Shown here: piece after piece, positions 45,661 through 54,561 of the stretch
How positions within the stretch are numbered: position 1 is the stretch's first letter
Layout of the letters: the number at the start of each line of letters is the position of its first letter
IMG/VR virus record: IMGVR_UViG_3300042298_002704
Strand: one strand, 5' to 3'
DNA: 64,000 nt
From: a virus
Taxonomy: Duplodnaviria; Heunggongvirae; Uroviricota; Caudoviricetes
Notes under the pieces: generated by a model
What the model saw: only the letters and a program-made list of their open reading frames with translations
Told to the model about the DNA's origin: nothing
The model's database searches: none
Position numbers and translations under genes: made by a program

Positions 45661-45721
45661 ATTACAGTACAAAGGTAAAACCTAAAAATGAATTAACCAA
45701 ACACATTAACATTTCATTAAC
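45661..45721 (-). promoter_or_regulatory. Bacteroidetes-type promoter with three ATTAAC repeats at 12-bp phasing
   Basis: On the - strand: GTTAATG x3, TTTG, ~20 nt, TACCTTTG, then ~40 nt to the start. Confidence 0.55.
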
Positions 45722-45975
45722 GAAAATTGGTAGTGATCGTTATCAAACCGAAATATTTCGCCAGAATCGTATTTAGGGCTAATTGGAAATGCGTGTTCTT
45801 CATAACCTTCAAGACAGAAATAATCATCAGCATATTCATCTTTCATAATGCGCTCAGATTCGAAAATCTCGGGTTCCTGACAATCAGAATGTAAGTTCCA
45901 ATATTTAAGGATATATTTTCCTTTAATATCGTTTTCTACTATATTGAATAACTCGTCGACTGTAATGTATTTCAT
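45706..45975 (-). CDS. Hypothetical protein
   Basis: 89 aa. Confidence 0.45.
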   Translation of the reverse strand: MKYITVDELFNIVENDIKGKYILKYWNLHSDCQEPEIFESERIMKDEYADDYFCLEGYEEHAFPISPKYDSGEIFRFDNDHYQFSLMKC

Positions 45976-45983
45976 ATTTATAG

Positions 45984-46376
45984 TCAGAATAATTTTAAAA
46001 TTTCAAAAAATTTCTCGTTTGAAATTTCTTCGTATTGGATATCGTATATATCATTGATGTGTAATTTTAAATCTTTCAATTCTGACCGTTCATTCAAAAA
46101 TCTCAAAATAAAATCATAATGACCGTAAGTAAGCCCTTTCCGACATCCGTATGATTTAACAGTTCCGTCAGTGTTTTTCATTTCCAAAAACGTAGCATAA
46201 TGAATTACTCCATTAATGTTAAGTTTGAAAGAACGGTTTCCTAACCATTTAAAATATCTGTCAATGAAGATGCTTTGGGTACATCTTGTTGATTTTGAAT
46301 TTAATGGAATTGAACGAGAAAACTTATCATGTACCTTGATAAGTTTGTTAATCCATTTAGGGTCAATTGTTTGCAT
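45984..46376 (-). CDS. Hypothetical protein
   Basis: 130 aa. Confidence 0.5.
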   Translation of the reverse strand: MQTIDPKWINKLIKVHDKFSRSIPLNSKSTRCTQSIFIDRYFKWLGNRSFKLNINGVIHYATFLEMKNTDGTVKSYGCRKGLTYGHYDFILRFLNERSELKDLKLHINDIYDIQYEEISNEKFFEILKLF

Positions 46377-46794
46377 TTAAAATAATTTTAGAATTCATAA
46401 TAAGGACACATTCACAATCCCATCCATATAAAGACATTCTGGTTTTCCACATTCCCCGCTCAGTTAAATGAATGGCATCATATTGGGAGGACAATAATTC
46501 AAAGTCCAGATAGTCACCAACTTTAAGTTGGTTACCAACTTTGGGTAACTCGTCGAAATCGCTTCTACTATCAATTACTAAAATTTTAGCATCTGGACTT
46601 AATTCAAAAGTAAAAGAATTATCATCTTCACAATCGCGAAATTGTGCCTCTTTGCACCACTGTTTCCAACCATATTCGGAATCAACGGCCGAAGCCCATA
46701 AACCACCTTTCGGTTTAGAAAAGTAAGACAAGTTTTTTATCTGTCCGAATTTGGAAACATCAAAGGATGTTGCGCCGTAATGGATGAGTTTCAT
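46363..46794 (-). CDS. Hypothetical protein
   Basis: 143 aa. Confidence 0.5.
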   Translation of the reverse strand: MKLIHYGATSFDVSKFGQIKNLSYFSKPKGGLWASAVDSEYGWKQWCKEAQFRDCEDDNSFTFELSPDAKILVIDSRSDFDELPKVGNQLKVGDYLDFELLSSQYDAIHLTERGMWKTRMSLYGWDCECVLIMNSKIILNANN

Positions 46795-47690
46795 ATTTGA
46801 AATTCAGCAAGGAACTTCTCTGCAAACTTTACGTTTTCAGGTCTTTCCTCGTTATGATGTTTAATGATTTCTTCGCACACCTCAATGCCTACATTAATGT
46901 AGGACGGATGTGTATTCCTATCAAATTTGCTTATGTTTGAATATTCACAAATAGGGTAGTACGGGTTGTAACGTTCTTCTGTTAAGAACTTTGCCTTTTC
47001 TGATAGGTCATAATATTTTTTCTGCCGAGCAGCGTTTATTTTTGTAAAGTAATCGTGGGCAGAATCCACAACCTCTTTAACAACTGGATTGGAAATAAGT
47101 TTTACAATTTCCTCCGGCAAGACTGAATTTTCCCACAGGCCATACTCTGATATGTCTTGGTTTGCCCCACTTGCCTCTTCATATATAAAACCGTCCTTGT
47201 AACCCATTTCAGTACCAATAACGCACAACAAGTGGTTTGCTACTGCTCTTTTGTTTGGGAATATACTTTTGTAAGGATAGTCCGGGTGTAACATTTGTGT
47301 AACCCACTCTTCAAAGGTTTTGTTAGACTTTCTTGACAATTGTTCAAGTTCGGACAGTTGTTTTTCTGCCCCAAGTACAATGCTTGAAAATTCATCCCAA
47401 CTTGGTCGATAATCTCCAACGTGCATACCCCAAGCATCGTAGATGAGATTATCGTGTTCGTCGCAATTTGGATCGCACATTTCAATTTTGTATTTTGGGT
47501 TGTCTTCGCAGGAATTTTCTTTATTTAATATTCCATCAAACCCATAACAAATTCTACCTCCGTACCATAAGGTATTATAAATGTATCCCAATTTGGCAAG
47601 TAGTGGAAGACCTTCTGGCTTGCACAGTTCATCCTGATTATCTCGAATGTATGTGAGAATTGGGTCTATAATTTTCGGTTCAAAGTTCAT
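46791..47690 (-). CDS. Hypothetical protein (299 aa)
   Basis: ATGA overlap with the downstream gene. Confidence 0.55.
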   Translation of the reverse strand: MNFEPKIIDPILTYIRDNQDELCKPEGLPLLAKLGYIYNTLWYGGRICYGFDGILNKENSCEDNPKYKIEMCDPNCDEHDNLIYDAWGMHVGDYRPSWDEFSSIVLGAEKQLSELEQLSRKSNKTFEEWVTQMLHPDYPYKSIFPNKRAVANHLLCVIGTEMGYKDGFIYEEASGANQDISEYGLWENSVLPEEIVKLISNPVVKEVVDSAHDYFTKINAARQKKYYDLSEKAKFLTEERYNPYYPICEYSNISKFDRNTHPSYINVGIEVCEEIIKHHNEERPENVKFAEKFLAEFQI

Positions 47691-47844
47691 TTATTTTGTT
47701 TAAAAAAGTTCAAATATCTAAAAAAATTATTTGCGCGATGAGAACAGGTATTACGCCTCGGTAGAAACACTGAAAATCGCACAGGAAACGCTAAATTAAG
47801 GGGTGTATGGGCGCAATTTAACCCCTAAAACACCCCCCTATATT

Positions 47845-48057
47845 TTAACGTTCTATTAACATTTCATTAACCTTCGTATTCTGGAAACCAAGGTTCATCG
47901 GTAGGACAATCGTACAGATAATCGTCTGAACAATTAGGAGCGCAAATTGCCCTACAATCGACTTAGGCATTTGTTGATCCATTGGAATAAAGGTTTGAAA
48001 TTTATTTCTTGAATATTCATGGTGATTTGAATTTAAGTTTTTAGTTGTAAAAGCCAT
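47845..48057 (-). CDS. Hypothetical small protein
   Basis: 70 aa. Confidence 0.35.
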   Translation of the reverse strand: MAFTTKNLNSNHHEYSRNKFQTFIPMDQQMPKSIVGQFALLIVQTIICTIVLPMNLGFQNTKVNEMLIER

Positions 48058-48212
48058 AGGTTACACTTAAATGTAAACCTGAAAATAAGGATTGAACCTT
48101 AATGACATCGGATTGTAATTTACAATCAATTGCGATTTGACCATTTTTAAGGTGAACTTTGGCCTTAATACCAGATGTTTTCAACTTTTCTTTGACGTAT
48201 TTGATGGACATG
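48042..48212 (-). CDS. Small ORF (~56 aa)
   Basis: ATG at 48212. Promoter-like GTAAAGGTAC upstream. Confidence 0.25.
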
Positions 48213-48298
48213 ATAAGAGTGATTTAAGTTGTTTTAAATTGTACTGTAAAGGTACGAACCTTTTACTGAATGTCAATACCTCATTTGTTAATGAATTC

Positions 48299-48631
48299 TT
48301 AAAGTTCAAAACACGCCTCCAAATCCATGTTCAATAAATCTTTGGAAGTGATGGCGTGCTTATTGTGATCAACAGCATATTCGTAAACGATATATTCAAT
48401 TGCAGCAATAATTGCTCCGCGCTTAGAATAAATGGCAGGTTCATCATCTGCCCAACCATTGTAACAACCACGAACGTCACGATCTCGCTTACACGCATCT
48501 TCGTACCATTCGTCAAACAAATATTCAACAGCCTTGAAGATGGTTGATTTGGGAGAAACCTTATTAGCATCAAACCATTCAGTGTCGATGACTTGGGTTC
48601 CAAAGTTCTTGGTGATAATTCTGATTTTCAT
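48299..48631 (-). CDS. Hypothetical protein
   Basis: 110 aa. TACCTTTG promoter at ~48653. Confidence 0.5.
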   Translation of the reverse strand: MKIRIITKNFGTQVIDTEWFDANKVSPKSTIFKAVEYLFDEWYEDACKRDRDVRGCYNGWADDEPAIYSKRGAIIAAIEYIVYEYAVDHNKHAITSKDLLNMDLEACFEL

Positions 48632-49266
48632 AATCGTTGTTCGTTTTAATTACAGTACAAAGGTACAGCCCGGAACAATACGAACCAAACCTTTTTAAAA
48701 CTTTAACATTTTATTAACAGAAATTCCCGATCCTGATTACAGTTTATCAGTCGGGCTCGAGGTTCATATTAGGAAATTGATTCAGAAATTGGACTATTTT
48801 GTTCGGTCCTTAAATGCGGGTCACCTCTGTGATAGTGCATAGACGTTACTTAAAAAGGTTCAATTTCAAAGAAAAAACAAATCATTTACTAAACTTTTCT
48901 GTATTCCGTACTATGATTCAGCACCACCTGTTAATCGACTCATCAGCCAAAAGGTTCAATGATTTAATATAAATATCCCCAATAAAATTAAAACATTCAT
49001 TTTTACAATCATGGTAGTACATTAATCTTCATCATCCCATTCATCTTCTTCAATAATTGAAAGTATTTCAAAACCAATTACCTGACCAAATACTTCTATT
49101 TCAAATATAAATCCATCCTTAGATAAACTTATTTTTAATTCAAACCATGACAGAAATGAATCCCTTGTCAAGGTTGTACTATAAATGGAAGTATTTCTCT
49201 CCCCATCATGAGTTATTATTCCGAATTCAATTGTTCCAGAGTCAATTTGAGTGTAACATTATTTTG

Positions 49267-49488
49267 TTATTTAAACCTTTTAAGAAAATCCTCAGCCTCT
49301 TGAGCATTAAAGGACTTATTCAAATTATTCTCCCCATTTCTGCATAAAATACCTAATGCAGAATCGATCCCGCTACCAATACGATCAAATACATTAAAGA
49401 AATTTTTAATGGCGTTTTCCTGACTGCCAATCTCGGCAGCCTTTTGTTTCAAAAATTCTTGTCTAGCAATTTTCTTGTTAGAGTTCAT
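49267..49488 (-). CDS. Hypothetical small protein
   Basis: 73 aa. Confidence 0.4.
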   Translation of the reverse strand: MNSNKKIARQEFLKQKAAEIGSQENAIKNFFNVFDRIGSGIDSALGILCRNGENNLNKSFNAQEAEDFLKRFK

Positions 49489-49921
49489 TTCTAATCAATT
49501 ATTTTTTTAAAGTGATACAAATATATTACCCCATAGGAGAAAGTCGATCCTGCGACGATTTAGAGCCCTTGTCGTACATTTTAGACGCAGGTAAAATTAC
49601 AGCAATTAATTTCCCCATAAAGGTAATGAGATTTCCTTGACGGATCGGTGTTTCTGGTGTTAAAGTTCTGTTAACCATTTTTCTGGTGGATTTTTTATTT
49701 TTTCGGGACAGGATGAGACGTGGCGTAATACTTCTCCTCCCCCAACTTACCAAAATTGTACCCATTTTCAAGAAAAAAGCCTCAATAAACAACAAATATT
49801 ATTAAAATGATACATTTTAGGCCAAAAAATACTAATAATATCTAAATTCCAAAAATTTCCCAAATTCCTCTTCTGACAGTTTAAGTTCTGGTCAGTTTTA
49901 TATTTTTAAAAACATCATTGT

Positions 49922-50167
49922 TTAATTCCAACTTATGGTGTAATAACTTCTTTCTCTTTGGTCTCTGAAGTCGCCTTGATTATATGCGATTCTATATCCC
50001 TCGGATTCCAACTTTTGTTTAGTTAGTTGGTGGATGGTATAAACATAAATCGAATAGTCTCCTTTTTTGGATGCTTCTTCAATTTTTGTCATAATGGCGT
50101 TATAACCATTTTCTGAGTTTTCCAGTTGAAATTGATCACTGAGTTGTTTTGCTTCGAGTGCTTTCAT
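49922..50167 (-). CDS. Small protein, tandem paralog 1
   Basis: EASKKGDYSIYVY…QKLESEGYRI…YYTISW, similar to the neighbouring gene. Confidence 0.45.
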   Translation of the reverse strand: MKALEAKQLSDQFQLENSENGYNAIMTKIEEASKKGDYSIYVYTIHQLTKQKLESEGYRIAYNQGDFRDQRERSYYTISWN

Positions 50168-50168
50168 T

Positions 50169-50411
50169 TTATTTCCAATCTATGTTATAGAACATTATAG
50201 TTTCTCCTGTTTCATAATCGTATTCCATTGTTGTATGAACGAGGAAACCATCTTGTTTTAGTTTTTGAATCATTGGTTCGTTTAATCTATATCTGGGTAA
50301 GGAAATGGAATAGTTTCCTTTTTTTGCTTCTTTTTTAAGGAACCTTAACATTTGATGATATTCGCTTTTACTTTCATCTGCTAAGGTTCTGAACTTTTGG
50401 GCTTTATTCAT
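50169..50411 (-). CDS. Small protein, tandem paralog 2
   Basis: KEAKKGNYSISLP…QKLKQDGFLV…MFYNIDW. Confidence 0.45.
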   Translation of the reverse strand: MNKAQKFRTLADESKSEYHQMLRFLKKEAKKGNYSISLPRYRLNEPMIQKLKQDGFLVHTTMEYDYETGETIMFYNIDWK

Positions 50412-50748
50412 TCTTTAATTTAAAGTTTAACCATGTGTCATGGTTTGTTTGGTATTTTATTTTTATTGAATGAACCTTGACGTTTGCATCGAACCAAAAC
50501 GTCTGCTCATCTTGTCCAGAATTGATTATTTGGGGTTCTGGTGCATTGTTTATTGTTATCCATACCAAACCTTCAATCCAACGATCAAATTCAACTGAGG
50601 TTAAATTTATGGGATTACGAAAGGTCATAACAATGTTATGTTCCTCTAACTGGGAATCAGGTAACTGAACGTGAAATTCTTGCAACTCCTGACCGTGGGT
50701 TAGAGTTGGTAGGAAAAATAACAGTAAAATTTTCAGGATTGTTTTCAA
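50404..50748 (-). CDS. Secreted protein
   Basis: Signal peptide MKTILKILLLFFLPTLTHG. Confidence 0.5.
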   Translation of the reverse strand: MKTILKILLLFFLPTLTHGQELQEFHVQLPDSQLEEHNIVMTFRNPINLTSVEFDRWIEGLVWITINNAPEPQIINSGQDEQTFWFDANVKVHSIKIKYQTNHDTWLNFKLKNE

Positions 50749-50957
50749 GCAGTTCTGATTAAATTTTCGTTGTCATCATTACAAACGAACACTTCGCCGA
50801 CTTCTACACCATTACCCTTCCAGTTTTCAGTAATTGGTAATGTAGTTTCCTCTGCTTCAATAATTTGAATTAAATGAATTCCAGTGTGTCTGGTGAGTTC
50901 ATCCGAATAACAAGTTGTTGTATCTGTTACTGGATTAAAATAAACGTAAACTTTCAT
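50745..50957 (-). CDS. Hypothetical small protein
   Basis: 70 aa. ATGA overlap. Confidence 0.4.
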   Translation of the reverse strand: MKVYVYFNPVTDTTTCYSDELTRHTGIHLIQIIEAEETTLPITENWKGNGVEVGEVFVCNDDNENLIRTA

Positions 50958-51889
50958 ATTATAGGTTGATTTTGTTTAATTTTTTCAATTATTTTCGTAT
51001 CGAACCTTTGCATTATTTCACTGTAACCGTAGTAAAAATAATCAAGATTGGATTTGCAAATATCATTTTCCTTTGATTCCTCATCGGTTAGAACCTTTGG
51101 AACCCATTCAATCATATTGTCCAGCGTTCCTGCCCACTGAAATGAACCCAAGGGTTGATACCGTTCGTAATCTTTTTTACTCAACGGTTTACCAAGTTGA
51201 GCCTTTAATACTGGATTCTTTGCTTCCAGTCTTAATAACCAACTTAACAAACTATTTTGTCCTTTTAATGACCAAATCATCCAACTGAGATTATAAAGGG
51301 CATAATGCGGATAAATCAATTTTTGATAAATCCATTTCTTCCACTTTGGTTGCGGTGTTAGTTTTGTTTGTGGTGTTATTTTTTTTACTTGTAAAATGAG
51401 TCTCAATATGAAATTCCAAGGAACGGTAAATAAAAACAACAAAAAGTTCAGTAAAAAGAAACTTTCTCTTAAAATGAACCTTTTAATGAAGTTTCTCTCT
51501 ATTTCGGCTTTCAAAGTTTTTTGCCACAACCAAAAGTCCAATGTTTGCCAATAACGTCTTGAAAGTTGAAGTGGTAAATTATCCAATATCCACTTCAATT
51601 CTACATAATCCCTGTTCAAATACAAGGCCAATATAATCGCAGAAACATGATCTCTTGACATCGTTTCAGCACCCTCATTCGGATACCGATAAAATTGGAC
51701 GTATCCATCGTCACGCAGTTTAACGCATCGAAGTAATGTCTCTTTTAACCAAGGAACATTCGGATGAAAGATGTAAAAAAACGCATTTCTTCCGATGGAA
51801 TCTCCTTTGGACCAAGGAGTTCCCTCTTCCAACGCAATTAGATTTTCATCAAAACGCCAAAACGTTTTTTGGTTATATGGGCTGATCAT
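50954..51889 (-). CDS. Hypothetical protein (311 aa) with an internal hydrophobic segment
   Basis: Long ORF with FFLLNFLLFLFTVPW. Confidence 0.55.
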   Translation of the reverse strand: MISPYNQKTFWRFDENLIALEEGTPWSKGDSIGRNAFFYIFHPNVPWLKETLLRCVKLRDDGYVQFYRYPNEGAETMSRDHVSAIILALYLNRDYVELKWILDNLPLQLSRRYWQTLDFWLWQKTLKAEIERNFIKRFILRESFFLLNFLLFLFTVPWNFILRLILQVKKITPQTKLTPQPKWKKWIYQKLIYPHYALYNLSWMIWSLKGQNSLLSWLLRLEAKNPVLKAQLGKPLSKKDYERYQPLGSFQWAGTLDNMIEWVPKVLTDEESKENDICKSNLDYFYYGYSEIMQRFDTKIIEKIKQNQPII

Positions 51890-51941
51890 TAATATTCCAT
51901 AATGTTGTTTATTATCAACATTTTACTGAAAAATGTCGAAA

Positions 51942-52292
51942 TTAATCAACATTTTCCCAATTGTACCAAATACCATCTGCATTTGGCCACGTTGGATGGT
52001 TTGTTTGGGCTTTGATCGCATTTGGAGCGACCAAGTTTTTCAATTCCGTGACCCGAAAGAGGTCAAAACTATGCGAACATCTTTCCTCATGAATTGAACC
52101 ATCGGGAAGATGAAACTTGATGGTCATCCCATCAAAATAGTTTAACCATACGAGTTGAGCAAGAACTTCGTCCGAATTTGATTTCCCGCTACTTATCCAG
52201 TCAAAATATGCTTCATCAATCATTTCTTTTGTTGGCGCTATTCGTTCAGGAAAAAGCCAATTCGAAAGTCGAGCGTAGGTTTCCTTGTTCAT
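51942..52292 (-). CDS. Hypothetical protein
   Basis: 116 aa. Confidence 0.5.
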   Translation of the reverse strand: MNKETYARLSNWLFPERIAPTKEMIDEAYFDWISSGKSNSDEVLAQLVWLNYFDGMTIKFHLPDGSIHEERCSHSFDLFRVTELKNLVAPNAIKAQTNHPTWPNADGIWYNWENVD

Positions 52293-52294
52293 GT

Positions 52295-52417
52295 TTAATA
52301 ATATTTTGAGTCTTCTCCAGCCTTGTCAAATATTGCAAATCCAAACTCTCCGAAATAAGTCAGAGCAAAGACTGCAACCAACCAAATAAAAATGTAAAGG
52401 TAAAAAAAGTTTTTCAT
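52295..52417 (-). CDS. Small membrane peptide (~40 aa)
   Basis: MKNFFYLYIFIWLVAVFALTYF. Trimmed so it does not overlap tRNA-Met. Confidence 0.3.
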   Translation of the reverse strand: MKNFFYLYIFIWLVAVFALTYFGEFGFAIFDKAGEDSKYY

Positions 52418-52422
52418 AATAG

Positions 52423-52495
52423 TGGACCGTACTGGACTTGAACCAGTGGCTCTCGCGTTATGAGCGCGGCACTCTACCAACTGAGTTAACGGTCC
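52423..52495 (-). tRNA. tRNA-Met (anticodon CAT)
   Basis: Acceptor GGACCGT/ACGGTCC. D stem ACTC/GAGT. Anticodon loop CTCATAA. T-arm ACTGG-TTCAAGT-CCAGT. Confidence 0.75.
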
Positions 52496-52608
52496 ATGTG
52501 CCTACAAAAGTAGGCGGTTAATCATCAATTTCCATCAACAGCATACATGCTATTTCCAACGTCACAAGTCCAAAAATGACTAAATAAACAATTTCAAAAA
52601 CGTTCATA

Positions 52609-52926
52609 TTATTCGCAATTACACGCTGACGGGTAAATTTCCATAAATTTTTTCAAATTTACCGGAGTGTTTGGATCGTTCAAAACTCGTTCTTGTGATT
52701 GAACAAATTCCCAGTTCAGTTCGTCGGGACAACCCCAAACTTCTGTAACAAGAGTATCAGAATATAACACAAACGTTTCATCTCCAGACTCATTGCTACT
52801 CGGAGGGCACCATGTATAACTGAATTGGATGTATGTGCATTTTGCACGATAGTTGTCGCAGTCAACTTTCTGCTTTTGACAGGCAATGGTTGAAAGAACG
52901 ATGATAAAGAAAAACAGTTGTTTCAT
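52609..52926 (-). CDS. Small lipoprotein-like secreted protein
   Basis: Signal MKQLFFFIIVLSTIAC. Several Cys. Confidence 0.5.
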   Translation of the reverse strand: MKQLFFFIIVLSTIACQKQKVDCDNYRAKCTYIQFSYTWCPPSSNESGDETFVLYSDTLVTEVWGCPDELNWEFVQSQERVLNDPNTPVNLKKFMEIYPSACNCE

Positions 52927-52998
52927 TTTTTATTTGTTTTAATTACACCACAAAGATAAAAGTATTTATTTCAAATTTCCAAATGGATTAACAACTCA

Positions 52999-53583
52999 TT
53001 AACTACCTTGTTCATTTATAACTGAAAGCGTTCCTAAAAATCCAATCAATTTATTATTTACATCTCGCAATTGATATGCAACTCCATGAACTTTTTGAAA
53101 TTTACCAGACGGGAGAACAAAACGGTATTCCATATCAAAGTTTAAATCATTTTGAACACAACGATACCACTCTTCAAATACATCATCTTTTTCATCAGGA
53201 TGAATCCAATTAGACCAGTTATCTCCTTTTATTTCACCCTCAGTTCGACCTATTATTTTACACAAAGAACGATTGACATCTATACACTTTCCTCGTTCGT
53301 CACTTATCCAAGTTCCAAGTGGTAAGGATTTAATAATTGCTATCGTCTTTTGTTCCTGCAATGTTATCTTATCTTCGATCCTATTAATTGCATCTCTTAA
53401 AGTTGAACCGCCGTTTGGCCTAAATTCTTCTGCCATCTTTTGAATCTTTCCGTATAATTCCCTTCCTTCCTCATATCTTTGTTTTAACCAAAATTTCCAT
53501 AAAGCGCCGCCGACAATTCCAAATGGGGCTAAAAGTGAGAGCCATTCTTTTAGTACGATTAAAATTGATTTAAAAAATTCCAA
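52999..53583 (-). CDS. Membrane-anchored PAS-domain protein
   Basis: N-terminal TM (ILIVLKEWLSLLAPFGIVGGALW). PAS-like block WISDERGKCIDVNRSLCKIIGRTEGEIKGDNWSNWIHPDEKDDV…FVLPSGKFQKVHG. Confidence 0.55.
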   Translation of the reverse strand: MEFFKSILIVLKEWLSLLAPFGIVGGALWKFWLKQRYEEGRELYGKIQKMAEEFRPNGGSTLRDAINRIEDKITLQEQKTIAIIKSLPLGTWISDERGKCIDVNRSLCKIIGRTEGEIKGDNWSNWIHPDEKDDVFEEWYRCVQNDLNFDMEYRFVLPSGKFQKVHGVAYQLRDVNNKLIGFLGTLSVINEQGS

Positions 53584-53615
53584 AATGCGTGTCCTCTTAT
53601 TTTGATGATTGTTGA

Positions 53616-53866
53616 TTATTTCTTTTTTGACTTTTTAATGGGAGGAATTTTATCTGGATGCCAATCGATTAAAAGTTCATCCTCTTGACTGGTATTCCGC
53701 CAGTATTTTGGACTGAACTTCGAAATTTGTTTATCCTTGTCTATAAATATGGGAAATCCTGCGCTAAAACCTTTATAATAACCCAAGACTTCTTTTAATT
53801 GTGGATTTAACCACCAAACAAGATCATTTATTTGAGGTTTTGATTGCGGAAAAATTTGATATTTCA
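53616..53866 (-). CDS. Hypothetical small protein (trimmed start)
   Basis: Lys-rich C-terminus KKSKKK. Overlaps the amidase gene end. Confidence 0.35.
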
Positions 53867-54558
53867 TTATTTTGAATTTTTTCTCGAACGTACTTATCAA
53901 CTAAAAGTTTAAATTTACAAAACGCATTATCTTCTTGCTTTTGATTCCAATTTTGCTTGTAAAAGAATTTGGGACATTGCTTTCCGGAAACGTCATGGTG
54001 ACGTATAACTCTGCTAACGTCCGGAACCTTCCTGTATAGCGTTACGACTTTACCTTGTGCGGCAGACCATAATTGAACTGTTTCTAAACGAACAAACCCT
54101 TTATCAATCATTTGCCAAGCAATTGAACGGGCAGTCATATCAACGATTAGCGAATCGTTTCTGCCGCCGCCGAGGCACATTTCATAAGAAAGAGAATTTT
54201 CATTAAAAACTTTTCCCTTTAACCAAGGCTTAGGAATAAATCCGAACCATTTACGATCCCCGACTGCAAACGCAACTTCGGTTTCCGGAACACATTGAAT
54301 TATTTCTTCATCGTCAACTGCATAATGACAACCAGCATTTCTTGCTCTTTGTAAATACCGAGCATTCATTTCTGCATTTGCTTTTGGGTGAAAGTTTGCA
54401 GTATAATGAACGACTATATATTCAATTCGTTCTTTCCTTTTTCTTGTATGTTTGTCCAATATTTGACGGAAGGAAACTCCGCCAACGAAAAGTACAAATA
54501 TAAGTCCTAATATATATTTAACTTTGTGGGTTTTTAAATGTAAAATAATTTTTTTCAT
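53824..54558 (-). CDS. N-acetylmuramoyl-L-alanine amidase (Amidase_2) with an N-terminal signal anchor
   Basis: TM YILGLIFVLFVGGVSF. IVVHYTA, GCHYAVD, NSLSYEMC, RHHDVSGKQCP motifs. Confidence 0.7.
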   Translation of the reverse strand: MKKIILHLKTHKVKYILGLIFVLFVGGVSFRQILDKHTRKRKERIEYIVVHYTANFHPKANAEMNARYLQRARNAGCHYAVDDEEIIQCVPETEVAFAVGDRKWFGFIPKPWLKGKVFNENSLSYEMCLGGGRNDSLIVDMTARSIAWQMIDKGFVRLETVQLWSAAQGKVVTLYRKVPDVSRVIRHHDVSGKQCPKFFYKQNWNQKQEDNAFCKFKLLVDKYVREKIQNNEISNFSAIKTSNK

Positions 54559-54561
54559 CTC

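Noticed and set aside
48935-48950. Hammerhead-ribozyme-like CUGAUGA string on the - strand
   Set aside because: No complementary stems I/II/III and no GAAA or cleavage-site triplet in register. The 7-mer is expected by chance in AT-rich DNA.
49526-49795. ORF 49526-49795 (-)
   Set aside because: The translation is low-complexity (Arg/Ser/Lys-rich). It starts in an AT-rich spacer without the usual promoter box and looks like a chance open frame. It may deserve re-evaluation with homology data.
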